In this document: in pieces, positions 8,992 through 17,649 of the stretch | Numbering within the stretch: the first letter of the stretch is position 1 | Layout: every line of letters starts with the position of its first letter | Virus record (IMG/VR): IMGVR_UViG_3300030372_001683 | Location: 1 to 35,979 of that record | Length of the DNA stretch: 35,979 bases | From: a virus | Lineage: Duplodnaviria; Caudoviricetes | Direction: 5' to 3' (one strand) | Translations under genes and position numbers: made by a program | The notes under the pieces: model-generated | Told to the model about the DNA's origin: nothing | Database searches by the model: none | What the model saw: only the letters and a program-made list of their open reading frames with translations

Positions 8992-9840
8992 TTAAGCAAT
9001 CGCAATCGCATCTTTAGATTCGTAATCTCTATAACCATTAGATTTCATTCCCACAACTTCAGCTTTTACTTTTTCTAGCATTCCGTCTTTATCAAAACCA
9101 TTAGTCATATAATGATGTAGTGAGCAATGTGCACTTAGGCTAGAGTAGTTATCTACTTTTTTAAGACCTTCATTAGCGCAGTTGTAAAGAGACCACATGT
9201 TCTTTTCACTAAACACTGAGTGCCTAGCATTCTTCCAGTCTTTGAAAGCAATGTTAGCTGCAGTAGATGTTAACACTCCTCTACCAATTAGCTTACCGAT
9301 GATTCCGTTACCATCGTCATCACTTAGTTCAGTATTCATAAGATTTATCTTATCATTTTCGAACTGTTCAAGCCTGGCAACCATTAACTTACTAGCCATC
9401 TTAGCGTAAGTTATTATGTCCTCCATCATATTAGGAGTGTGCTTACGTGCAAAGATAACTCCGTCCCAGGCGGTCATTCCGTTAGTGCAAACTAATACGT
9501 TGGCACCTGCACCTATAGTAACAGGAGTCCATTTATTATAAGAGTTTACAATCGTTATGCCACCCATCAACATATCCTTAGGCATTACATCAATGTCTAT
9601 GCCTTTAGGAGCTAGAGTCAATTTGGTGTTCAACAAATCGCCATTGCAAGAAACCCTGTGGTCTTCCTTTAGCAATTCGAAGTTAGGCAGTTCGCCTAGG
9701 ACAACTTTTTCAACCTTATTAATCAATTTAACATGACCGATAGGTGAATACGATTTAGTAGCTTCTGGTATTCTAACCATCTTTAAATCGTTCCTATTAA
9801 CATTATGATGTCCTCTTGAGTTTAAGAATGTATTTTTCAT
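8992..9840 (-). CDS. DUF932-family phage protein
   Basis: SYSPIGH and IVNSYNK...IGAGANVLVCTNG...RKHT signature. Confidence 0.75.
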   Translation of the reverse strand: MKNTFLNSRGHHNVNRNDLKMVRIPEATKSYSPIGHVKLINKVEKVVLGELPNFELLKEDHRVSCNGDLLNTKLTLAPKGIDIDVMPKDMLMGGITIVNSYNKWTPVTIGAGANVLVCTNGMTAWDGVIFARKHTPNMMEDIITYAKMASKLMVARLEQFENDKINLMNTELSDDDGNGIIGKLIGRGVLTSTAANIAFKDWKNARHSVFSEKNMWSLYNCANEGLKKVDNYSSLSAHCSLHHYMTNGFDKDGMLEKVKAEVVGMKSNGYRDYESKDAIAIA

Positions 9841-9870
9841 TTCGCTTTTTTCCTTTTGTTTGTTTTTGGT

Positions 9871-10068
9871 TTATTCACTACTTGATAAATATTTACCTAT
9901 GACGTACTTGGCTTTATTTATCAACTTATCTTTAGAATTCGGATCTGACACATGTTGAGCATCTGACAATATTCCCATTGCGTAAGATTTTATTGCCCAA
10001 CCACTTAGACGCGCAGATTTGATTTTATCAACCAAATCATCTATGTCTTTCATTTCTTTTTCTTCCAT
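9871..10068 (-). CDS. hypothetical protein
   Basis: 65 aa with AGGAG RBS. Confidence 0.6.
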   Translation of the reverse strand: MEEKEMKDIDDLVDKIKSARLSGWAIKSYAMGILSDAQHVSDPNSKDKLINKAKYVIGKYLSSSE

Positions 10069-10077
10069 TTTTAACTC

Positions 10078-10227
10078 CTATTTATATCTTCTGTTGATAA
10101 AAGTTTTTTTTGTAGCTCCGCAATCATCACACATAAAATGCTCTTGACTACCTTGATAAAAACCGCTCTTAGTATATTTTCCATATGAACCCATTGAAGA
10201 ATAATTGTGCTTTCTACATTTTTTCAT
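10078..10227 (-). CDS. 49-aa putative zinc-binding protein
   Basis: Hand translation MKKCRKHNYSS...HFMCDDCGATKKTFINRRYK; GAGGA RBS; first gene after the promoter at 10267..10303. Confidence 0.6.
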   Translation of the reverse strand: MKKCRKHNYSSMGSYGKYTKSGFYQGSQEHFMCDDCGATKKTFINRRYK

Positions 10228-10266
10228 GATTTTTCCTCGCTTTTTTTAAAATTCATTGTTGTTCTC

Positions 10267-10303
10267 ATACCTGAAATTACAACGAATAAATTTAAAAACC
10301 AAA
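10267..10303 (-). promoter_or_regulatory. putative early promoter, copy 1
   Basis: Minus strand TTGGTT-N17-TAATTT; 32/37 identical to 19857..19893. Confidence 0.65.
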
Positions 10304-10317
10304 CTGTTTTTTAACTG

Positions 10318-10890
10318 TTAAAATAGTGTTGTTTGAGCCAAATTTGTCATGCCTTCATTACTGCCCGACATAATAAACTCTGCTATTTCATTTGCTTCTT
10401 GCTCTGTGTTATTCAATTTCAAAAAATGATTATAATTATTAACTATGTTATTGACCGCTGTTTTTCTACTATTGAGCCACTTTTCATTTTGCTCATCTTT
10501 TCTTTTGATGTGTCTTTGTTCTTTAACTTCTTCATCACATTTAATAACAACTATCCTAAAGTCAACATCATTTTTTATAATTTCAAATAATGAAGATTTA
10601 AATAACCTATCACCTTCAAATATAATATGCTCAAGACTGTTTCTAGTGGCTTCTAATTTAATGTATTGAATCACTTCTGGCTGCACCGCCATGCTCAATT
10701 TATCAGTTCCTGGGAATATATCTTGCGAATCTCCGTAAATACCCAACACGCTTATCTTATCATTTTTAATCCCCCTTACTAATTTACCCCACATAAATGT
10801 ATCTGATAAATTATTTTCACTAATTATTTTTTTTACTATATAAGACTTTCCAGTCGCTGGTTCGCCTCCTATTGCAGTTACTTTAAGCAT
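10318..10890 (-). CDS. P-loop nucleotide kinase, putative 5-hydroxymethyl-pyrimidine DNA kinase
   Basis: GGEPATGKS Walker A, GTDKLSMAVQP and IIFEGDRL; resembles P-loop kinases of phage thymine hypermodification clusters. Confidence 0.75.
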   Translation of the reverse strand: MLKVTAIGGEPATGKSYIVKKIISENNLSDTFMWGKLVRGIKNDKISVLGIYGDSQDIFPGTDKLSMAVQPEVIQYIKLEATRNSLEHIIFEGDRLFKSSLFEIIKNDVDFRIVVIKCDEEVKEQRHIKRKDEQNEKWLNSRKTAVNNIVNNYNHFLKLNNTEQEANEIAEFIMSGSNEGMTNLAQTTLF

Positions 10891-11146
10891 TTTCTGACTC
10901 CAATTCTCTTTTTATCATTTCAGTTAAAATAGTGTAATTGTCATTAGGTCTGTAAACCACTTCAACTAATTCAGGTTCTCTATCTCTATAATCATTCATC
11001 CTGCCTTTTATATCTTCAATAAGTTCTTTAACAGTGTTTCCGACCGCACTTGTATAACCGAAACCATTTTCTGTTTCATATTTTATTTCAGCATGAAATT
11101 CAAAATCATGGTTCACACTGCTCATTGGTTCATTTTTATTTCCCAT
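10883..11146 (-). CDS. hypothetical protein
   Basis: 87 aa acidic ORF with GAGGAG RBS, overlapping the kinase start. Confidence 0.55.
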   Translation of the reverse strand: MGNKNEPMSSVNHDFEFHAEIKYETENGFGYTSAVGNTVKELIEDIKGRMNDYRDREPELVEVVYRPNDNYTILTEMIKRELESENA

Positions 11147-11289
11147 AATATCTCCTCTTTTATTGAATTTATTTGTATTAAAGCCTTTATTATTTCTCTA
11201 TATGTCATCTCATCTCCACCAGCTTTTAAACATAAATCGCTGAATTCTTCATACGAACAAATGGTTATCATATTTTCTTCTTCAGTCAT
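11122..11289 (-). CDS. 55-aa hypothetical protein
   Basis: Hand translation MTEEENMITICSYEEFSDLCLKAGGDEMTYREIIKAL...; ATGA overlap with upstream ORF. Confidence 0.45.
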   Translation of the reverse strand: MTEEENMITICSYEEFSDLCLKAGGDEMTYREIIKALIQINSIKEEILWEIKMNQ

Positions 11290-11432
11290 TTTTTTCTAGG
11301 GTATTTTTCGTTACAATCTATACAAATCCATATTGAACCAGCTCCCTCTCCATCTTGTCTTGACACTATCGTTACTTCATCATCACAAAGTTCACACGTA
11401 AACCTACCCCCTTTTTTTCTTTTATATAGCAT
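11286..11432 (-). CDS. 48-aa zinc-ribbon protein
   Basis: Hand translation MLYKRKKGGRFTCELCDDEVTIVSRQDGEGAGSIWICIDCNEKYPRKK (two CxxC); coupled to the transferase stop. Confidence 0.55.
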   Translation of the reverse strand: MLYKRKKGGRFTCELCDDEVTIVSRQDGEGAGSIWICIDCNEKYPRKK

Positions 11433-12592
11433 TAAAAAACCTCTATTTGTTTATTCATTTCACACTTATATTTATAAAGATTTTTAAAACAATTCCAACT
11501 ATAATCCATCATCACAACTTGCCCAGTTTCTCTAAACCAATTTTGTTTTAATGGCTTCAAACCCACGTCCCAATGGTTATCTTCTAACCTGAGTTCTTTA
11601 GGCAAATACCTGTTTCTTATAGACCAAAATATTTCAAACTCTTTTCCCCATTGCTTTTCAGCGTGTCTTATTCTATCAACAAACATATCATTATACACAT
11701 TAGGGTATCTTCTATTTTTTCTAAACCACGATTTATAAGTGCACAACGTGGATTCTAAAGTGAAATAATTAACGTCATCAATAAATGGTCTATTTTCCCA
11801 CCTGACTCGAAACCCTCTTAACAAATCAGCTGAAAATTCTTTTAAATATTCGATTAGTTCTGGAGTGTGCATTTTAGTATGGTAACTAGGGTTACTTTTA
11901 TGCATATCCCAATCATCTCTACCAAGGACTTTACACAACCCATTTCTATGGCTTTGGCTCCCACTAATATCTTCTAAAAATAGACTATTACACCTTATGG
12001 GCAATCCCAATATTTTTAAATATTCAAGGTAACTAAATGTACTTAACCTGCCAAACATAAAAAACCTTTCCATAACTTCACCCCAAAGAGTCACGAAATT
12101 TTCATCTATTAAACCAGATGTGCAATCATTAAAATAATCAGATTGGTTTTTACCTACAATTTCTTTATAATTTTTAACCATTTTAACAAGGTGTCCTTTT
12201 TGGTATCTCCTGTCTGTGTCATAACCCAACTTTCGCCAATTTACTGCGTGCCATTTTTCCAACTTATCAATTAAATTATTTTCATCAAAATTAGGAAAAT
12301 GTTTATATATTATATAACTGGTGCAAAGGTTTTGAGTAACTCCGTTTAAATAAGTTAGCCAGAGTTTTTGTTCTTTATCCATTTCAAGTTCATCAAATAA
12401 AAAAGGGAACAAATAATAAACACAACCAGGGTGGCTACTAAATTCTAAATGGAATTCATAAAACCTCGTAAACACTTCTTTCCTGTATTGCGGTAACCTA
12501 AAATCATCCCCTACTTGTAAATTTGAGATTTCATCAAATTCTTTTTTATACAAACCCAATTTGTCTGTTATCACTTTTTTCCTCCCACTCAT
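11432..12592 (-). CDS. amino acid:DNA transferase-like protein (alpha-glutamyl/putrescinyl-thymine pyrophosphorylase clade 2-like)
   Basis: YDTDRRYQKG, FGRLSTFSYLEYL, SHRNGLC, YFTLESTLCTYK and RYPNVY motifs; adjacent to PLP enzyme and near the kinase. Confidence 0.8.
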   Translation of the reverse strand: MSGRKKVITDKLGLYKKEFDEISNLQVGDDFRLPQYRKEVFTRFYEFHLEFSSHPGCVYYLFPFLFDELEMDKEQKLWLTYLNGVTQNLCTSYIIYKHFPNFDENNLIDKLEKWHAVNWRKLGYDTDRRYQKGHLVKMVKNYKEIVGKNQSDYFNDCTSGLIDENFVTLWGEVMERFFMFGRLSTFSYLEYLKILGLPIRCNSLFLEDISGSQSHRNGLCKVLGRDDWDMHKSNPSYHTKMHTPELIEYLKEFSADLLRGFRVRWENRPFIDDVNYFTLESTLCTYKSWFRKNRRYPNVYNDMFVDRIRHAEKQWGKEFEIFWSIRNRYLPKELRLEDNHWDVGLKPLKQNWFRETGQVVMMDYSWNCFKNLYKYKCEMNKQIEVF

Positions 12593-13652
12593 TTTTAATT
12601 ACATTAGGCTCTACTGGAAAATTGCCTAATTCTCTTCTAAAATATTCCATTTCTGTTAAATAAGGCTTTGAACCTACTATCCAAAATAATGTACTAGCTC
12701 TTACTAAATGCGGTAATTTATCTCTTAAATAAGTCATTACTTTACCTTCATAAGTTGGGTGCAATTCAATTCCTTCAAAATCATATTTCATTTGTTGCTG
12801 GTAATCTACGTAACCAGTTGAATGTAAATCATAATAATACAAATTATAAGAACCGCTTTCAATTTCTGGTTTAAAAATATCATTATTAAATTTTTTGTTG
12901 TAATTCAATGTGTTTATTTTACTATTTTCTTTAATCAATTTCAACCTTTCATATATGAACTTTATTTTACTTGGACCAATACCAACTAAGTGCACGTTTA
13001 ATTTTTTCAGAGGTCTGTATTTTGACAAACCATATAAAATAGAAATTGTGCTATTACAACTGCCAGAAGGAACCACTAAATCAGTAACATGTTCAGGTAT
13101 GTTTTGAACTTGATTTCCGCTCAGATTATGGAATTCAATTATTTTATTTATTTTTTCTTCAGGGTCGATTGCTATACCGTAATTAAGTTCATAATAATTT
13201 TTATATTTACCAGCTTTTAATTCTTTTACTTTTCTTTGCAAACAAGGGTTGTAAGCCACTTTAATAAAATAAAAATGGGCATCAAACCAAGTTGCCATTT
13301 TTACCATTTCTTTTTTCATGCAAATGTCAGGTCTTGTAGCTCCTATCACATGCATAGAATCTAACCCGTAATGATAAGCTACGGCAGAACCCATAGGTAA
13401 TTGCGGCGACAAAACACTAGCACCCGATATAACGCCATCTACGCCCCCTCTTTTAACATATTCGTTAGTAAGCCAAATACACTGTCTTAACTTTGCTCCA
13501 TTTATACCTGCGTAACCCAAAGGTGCAAAATAATCTTCTCTTTTTAAATACATATCTCCCCAAAAATGCACTGGTGTCATTTTATATAAATAATCTTCCC
13601 ATTTTACTCTGTTTCTATTTAAACTGCAATCATCAAATATTGTAGACTTCAT
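12546..13652 (-). CDS. PLP-dependent enzyme (fold II, ACC deaminase/D-Cys desulfhydrase-like), putative DNA-amino acid decarboxylase
   Basis: LKREDYFAP...INGAKLRQ (PLP lysine), SPQ, VPSGSCNS, LHPTYEGK, LFWIVG. Confidence 0.8.
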   Translation of the reverse strand: MKSTIFDDCSLNRNRVKWEDYLYKMTPVHFWGDMYLKREDYFAPLGYAGINGAKLRQCIWLTNEYVKRGGVDGVISGASVLSPQLPMGSAVAYHYGLDSMHVIGATRPDICMKKEMVKMATWFDAHFYFIKVAYNPCLQRKVKELKAGKYKNYYELNYGIAIDPEEKINKIIEFHNLSGNQVQNIPEHVTDLVVPSGSCNSTISILYGLSKYRPLKKLNVHLVGIGPSKIKFIYERLKLIKENSKINTLNYNKKFNNDIFKPEIESGSYNLYYYDLHSTGYVDYQQQMKYDFEGIELHPTYEGKVMTYLRDKLPHLVRASTLFWIVGSKPYLTEMEYFRRELGNFPVEPNVIKNEWEEKSDNRQIGFV

Positions 13653-14557
13653 TAGAATTTACCTATAAATTTTTGAGCAACTACTCTTTGGTTTTTTTGT
13701 ATTCTTTTCAGTTCCTGTTCAGGATTTAAACATTTCCACATATTTTCTCTATAATACATCACGAAAGAAAGCCTCACCGCTTCATCTGATTTTTTTATTA
13801 TTTCAGTATTTCCATGAACTTGGTGCACATCAACTAATAATAAATCATTAGTATTTAAATTAATAGCTATTTTATACCTAGGTAAAACAAATAAAACAGG
13901 CTCCATATCTTTTATATATGCTACTAAATTTCCAAACCCTTTAGCGTAATCACCTCTGTCAGTGTGGTAAGCTGTTCTATAATCTTTATTTACAGTCACA
14001 GTTGTGAAAGCAGTGTTCCCTATTCTGTAATTCGGATCTGTTGCCATTATCATTTCTTTTTGTTTTTTATGTCTATAAGGAACGTATTTTTTAAAACCTT
14101 CATCTACGACTTTCATTAATTCCATTCCCTGTTTAAAGTTTTTAGGATTTTGCACGTTGTATGCTGTCCTCCTACAGAAATCATAATGAGCTCCCCTGTC
14201 GAAATAACCAATAATACCGCTCAAATCTTGAACTTGCTCATCCGTCCCAGGTATGTAAACTTGAGTAGTTTTTGATATTGTACCATCTTTGAGAACCCTG
14301 TTCCTACGTTCACCGCCACTAGAAGCACCCCTGTTATTTGTGGGCTGAGCAGCGTTTTTTAAAGAGTGGTAAGCATTTTCTAATATTTTAGGTTCTATAT
14401 AATTTTTTTTAAACACAAAAAGAGGTTGCCCAGTTTTTGTGTACGCTTCGCAATCGTAATCTATAACCTCATCATAATCACTTCTTTTTGAAAAAGTGTT
14501 TATTAAATTATCGGTCTCTGATTCAGTCAAATGGTAATCAGCTATTAATTTTTTCAT
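13652..14557 (-). CDS. TET/JBP-family 2OG-Fe(II) dioxygenase (5-methylpyrimidine oxygenase)
   Basis: FTTVTVNKDYRTAYHTDRGD (HxD), VHGNTEI (distal His), RLSFVMYYRENM (2OG-binding Arg); also NRGASSG and SGIIGYFDR. Confidence 0.88.
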   Translation of the reverse strand: MKKLIADYHLTESETDNLINTFSKRSDYDEVIDYDCEAYTKTGQPLFVFKKNYIEPKILENAYHSLKNAAQPTNNRGASSGGERRNRVLKDGTISKTTQVYIPGTDEQVQDLSGIIGYFDRGAHYDFCRRTAYNVQNPKNFKQGMELMKVVDEGFKKYVPYRHKKQKEMIMATDPNYRIGNTAFTTVTVNKDYRTAYHTDRGDYAKGFGNLVAYIKDMEPVLFVLPRYKIAINLNTNDLLLVDVHQVHGNTEIIKKSDEAVRLSFVMYYRENMWKCLNPEQELKRIQKNQRVVAQKFIGKF

Positions 14558-14756
14558 ATTTTTCCTTTACTATCTGCTTAAGTAAATCAGCATAGACATC
14601 TTGTTTTTCATGTTCACATAACTCTTCTAACATTTTTATCATATTAGCTTTATCACCCTTTTCAAAAGCTATTTGTAAATATTCTATGTCAGTTTCTTTT
14701 ATTTCCCCTTCTTTTTCAGCAGGAGCCATGTCAAATAAAAACAAATCTTCTTCCAT
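14538..14756 (-). CDS. small acidic protein coupled to the dioxygenase
   Basis: 72 aa with GGGAG RBS; overlaps the dioxygenase start by 20 nt. Confidence 0.6.
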   Translation of the reverse strand: MEEDLFLFDMAPAEKEGEIKETDIEYLQIAFEKGDKANMIKMLEELCEHEKQDVYADLLKQIVKEKYEKINS

Positions 14757-14765
14757 TTTATCTCC

Positions 14766-14963
14766 CTATGAATATTTAAACTTCAATCTGTCGTAGTTAC
14801 TGATAATAATATACCACTGCCTTCTGTCTAAAGATGTTCCTTCCCTAGCTCTCGGTTCTAGCATATTAAATTTCCCAGACTCTTGAACCTTTTTATATTC
14901 TTCAAACATTTCTTTTGTTATTTCTTTTAATACTGAATCTCCGTGTGACCAACTTTTTGGCAT
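14766..14963 (-). CDS. hypothetical protein (DUF5049-like)
   Basis: VQESGKFNML...IISNYDRL pattern; AGGAG RBS. Confidence 0.5.
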   Translation of the reverse strand: MPKSWSHGDSVLKEITKEMFEEYKKVQESGKFNMLEPRAREGTSLDRRQWYIIISNYDRLKFKYS

Positions 14964-14980
14964 TATTTTACTCCTTTTTT

Positions 14981-15385
14981 TTAGTTCCCAACTATTTTAT
15001 CTATTTCTTTATTGAATTCGGACATAGGCATTTTCGTATCGTGATAATCTTTTCCCAACTTCCAAAGTTTTTGAAATGTTCCCATCGGCATAGGTTCTTT
15101 TTTTATTTGTTGGTGTTTCTTTTCAGTTTTTTCTATTCTTTTTTGCATCAAAATAGATTCTATAACAACAAATTTAGGCAACCTTCCCGCAAGTTGCCCA
15201 TTAGGAAGTTCACAACTAAACACTATTTCTTTCCAAGCGTTTTTTACAGTAGCTTCTGTGTGCTTCATCAAGACACCGCAAAATTCATTAAATATAAGCT
15301 GGTTATTACTTTTTATTTCCAAAGTTTCTAACAGGTCGTTAACGTAATGTTGTGCTACCTGTGAACTGCATTTCTCTTCGCTCAT
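14981..15385 (-). CDS. hypothetical protein, possible helicase loader
   Basis: 134 aa directly after the initiator gene; function inferred from position only. Confidence 0.4.
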   Translation of the reverse strand: MSEEKCSSQVAQHYVNDLLETLEIKSNNQLIFNEFCGVLMKHTEATVKNAWKEIVFSCELPNGQLAGRLPKFVVIESILMQKRIEKTEKKHQQIKKEPMPMGTFQKLWKLGKDYHDTKMPMSEFNKEIDKIVGN

Positions 15386-16028
15386 TTTTTTCTTTTCCTT
15401 TCAAATTCCATTCTTCAACATTTTTAAACCATTTCCTCAATCTTAAATGATTATTAAATGTTTCTTGCATTTCAAATTTCATTTTAGTATTAGAGCGATT
15501 AGGCTCTGTCCAATATTCTATAAATTCTTCTATATGTTTTTCAAACATCGGTATTTTGTTATATATAAAGTTCGCATCATTATTAACATAATTCCAAAGC
15601 GTTTTTTCCCATTTATCTTTTCTTTTTTCTATATCTTTTTCTTTATCTTTAACTTTATCTTTATCTTTAGGGGTTAGACTAACCCTATTAATATACTTAT
15701 TCAAACCCTTATTTTCCAACCTTTTTATTACTGATAAATGAGGTTTTGAATTTTCTTTTAATAACCCGTATTGATAATCTACAAATGATGGTATAAAATA
15801 TTGGTCATCATCTATAGGTATCATTTTGTTTTTTATTTCAGGCGGTATTTCTTCATATTCACTGATATTGTAACCGATAAAAAATGAAGCAGCTTCCCAA
15901 TCTCCATCAAGAATACCTGCATGGTCACATTTTGTTAATATATAAACCCATAATAATTTAGCCTCTGGTGATAACTTTCTATACCAAGATTTATCCCACA
16001 TTTTTGTATCTATAAATCGCTTAGCCAT
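15339..16028 (-). CDS. phage replication initiator / replisome organiser
   Basis: MAKRFIDTKMW...LSPEAKLLWVYILTKCDHAG N-terminus, KDKDKVKDKEKD linker and FIEYWTEPN...F...RLRKW C-terminal domain. Confidence 0.7.
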   Translation of the reverse strand: MAKRFIDTKMWDKSWYRKLSPEAKLLWVYILTKCDHAGILDGDWEAASFFIGYNISEYEEIPPEIKNKMIPIDDDQYFIPSFVDYQYGLLKENSKPHLSVIKRLENKGLNKYINRVSLTPKDKDKVKDKEKDIEKRKDKWEKTLWNYVNNDANFIYNKIPMFEKHIEEFIEYWTEPNRSNTKMKFEMQETFNNHLRLRKWFKNVEEWNLKGKEKNERREMQFTGSTTLR

Positions 16029-16302
16029 TTTTGTTCTCCTTTTGACATTTTGGACAATTTAGTTTTTCTTTTCCCATGATTGGTATATGGTTTTTTGGAA
16101 AATATTCATAATCCCTGTGATACATTTTTCTATTTTTTTTCCAAGTTAATTTGCAGGGAACGCAGTATTTAATTTGGTCATCTATTTTTATGTGCAACCT
16201 TTCGAATTTAGCTGATTTCTTTTTGTTCTCAATAGAACTTTTTGTTTCCCAACCTCTGCTAGTTGCTTTTAATATGTATTCAATCATCGATATTTTCTTC
16301 AT
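16021..16302 (-). CDS. hypothetical zinc-binding protein
   Basis: CVPC...CPKC in a basic 93-aa ORF. Confidence 0.55.
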   Translation of the reverse strand: MKKISMIEYILKATSRGWETKSSIENKKKSAKFERLHIKIDDQIKYCVPCKLTWKKNRKMYHRDYEYFPKNHIPIMGKEKLNCPKCQKENKNG

Positions 16303-16675
16303 ATTTCCGCAATTTATTTTTTAGTTCCATAATTGTGCTAACTAAATATAAAAAATCTTGGATACTAAACCAGGAGTACCAATTACCTTTAAATTTAGCT
16401 ATCAATAATCCAGTTTTTCCAGGAGGGCAATCATTTTCTATTTGTTTCATCCAAACAGGGATTTGAAGTGTGTTTGTATTCTTGATTTCAATGTGGAAAT
16501 CGTAAAGAGGGTTGGCAGAATCAATGTCAATAATATCTCCTTTAATACTGAGACCACCAGAATTAGGAGTGCGCCTAAAATTAGTGCCAAGATATTTATT
16601 AATAATTTTAACGACTTCAAGTTCGCCTCTCTTTCCTTTAGCTTGACTGTTAATCATTAAATAGTTCCTCCTCAT
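16280..16675 (-). CDS. Hjc-type (PD-D/ExK) Holliday junction resolvase
   Basis: NSQAKGKRGELEV, RRTPNSGG, GDI and HIEIK; true start probably the second Met (MINSQ). Confidence 0.75.
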   Translation of the reverse strand: MRRNYLMINSQAKGKRGELEVVKIINKYLGTNFRRTPNSGGLSIKGDIIDIDSANPLYDFHIEIKNTNTLQIPVWMKQIENDCPPGKTGLLIAKFKGNWYSWFSIQDFLYLVSTIMELKNKLRKYEENIDD

Positions 16676-17141
16676 TTATTATTTCTTGAACCATTTCCTG
16701 ATGTATTTTTCTTACTGCGTACGTATTAGCTTTTAAATGGTCTACGCTGTCTCCCCAGTTAGCTGCAATTTTCATAGCGGCAAATACCTCTATTTTTATA
16801 TCCGTTTCATTTTTAGACTTTGCCATTTGTTTATGTAAAGGGTTAGTATCACCAACTGCTTTTACATCCCAATCAGTTTGCCACCAATTTTCACTATTAT
16901 CATTATCTATTATTTCTAAAATACTTCCTTCAGCATACCTACTTAATTCATCCCACAGTTGTTTGTTAACAAAACAAGTGTGAACAGTATCATTGTAGAT
17001 AACATTATAAGCGTACCATGGTCTCATACTACCATCATTCTTTTTTTGGTCAAAACTTTCTCCGCTAAAACCATCTTTTAATGTGATTTTATATTTTTGA
17101 TTTTTAGCGAATTCTAATTTTGGGTTTCTATTTTCTGACAT
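16650..17141 (-). CDS. hypothetical protein, possible ssDNA-binding protein
   Basis: 163 aa, beta-rich aromatic N-terminus, acidic tail EEELFND, in the replication module. Confidence 0.45.
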   Translation of the reverse strand: MSENRNPKLEFAKNQKYKITLKDGFSGESFDQKKNDGSMRPWYAYNVIYNDTVHTCFVNKQLWDELSRYAEGSILEIIDNDNSENWWQTDWDVKAVGDTNPLHKQMAKSKNETDIKIEVFAAMKIAANWGDSVDHLKANTYAVRKIHQEMVQEIINEEELFND

Positions 17142-17142
17142 G

Positions 17143-17262
17143 TTATATACTCCTTATTATTATATTATATAAAAAACTGATGAACAAACTTGTAACTGCT
17201 ATTATCAAATAAACCTCTACAAATTTTTCTAATGCGTTAAAAAATTTATCTATACGATCCAC
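17143..17262 (-). CDS. 39-aa single-TM membrane peptide
   Basis: AAGGAG RBS, GTG start, hand translation MDRIDKFFNALEKFVEVYLIIAVTSLFISFLYNIIIRSI. Confidence 0.6.
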   Translation of the reverse strand: MDRIDKFFNALEKFVEVYLIIAVTSLFISFLYNIIIRSI

Positions 17263-17288
17263 GTGTTACTCCTTTGGTATGTGTTAAA

Positions 17289-17357
17289 GGGGTGCAAGGA
17301 AAGCGAAATCCGATATGCATACATGACGTTAAGTAGCTACGAAAAACCTCACACCCC
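17289..17357 (-). ncRNA. putative antisense hairpin RNA B
   Basis: Intergenic; GGGGTG/CACCCC plus AGG/CCT stem; shares aggaaagcgaaat (13 nt) and aaaacctc with 19930..19984. Strand is inferred. Confidence 0.5.
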
Positions 17358-17364
17358 ATAATAA

Positions 17365-17649
17365 TTAAGCGTCTAACCAGGCTCTGAATTCCTTAGCATC
17401 TTCGCTAAACATGCTAAGCTGATTTTTATTACCTTCCGCATTGGTGCATTTATATTCTGCATATCTACTGGTTTGACCTTCAGAATTAGTATGAGACTTT
17501 TTTGTTGTCTCAAACCTCATCCCTTGTTTTTTTAAATTACACACTACAGCTGCCAACCTAGTGCAATTAAATTTTTCAATAGCTTCCCAACTAGTAAGTG
17601 AATTACCATTCTGGAAATGCTTTTTTATTTTCGCTGTTTTTGTTATCAT
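17365..17649 (-). CDS. winged helix-turn-helix protein (HTH_39-like)
   Basis: SLTSWEAIEKFNCTRLAAVVCNLKKQG...YAEY. Confidence 0.75.
   Translation of the reverse strand: MITKTAKIKKHFQNGNSLTSWEAIEKFNCTRLAAVVCNLKKQGMRFETTKKSHTNSEGQTSRYAEYKCTNAEGNKNQLSMFSEDAKEFRAWLDA

Noticed and set aside
12546-13652. Metabolic ACC deaminase / D-cysteine desulfhydrase auxiliary gene
   Set aside because: Overlap with the dioxygenase and transferase genes points to DNA modification rather than host metabolism.
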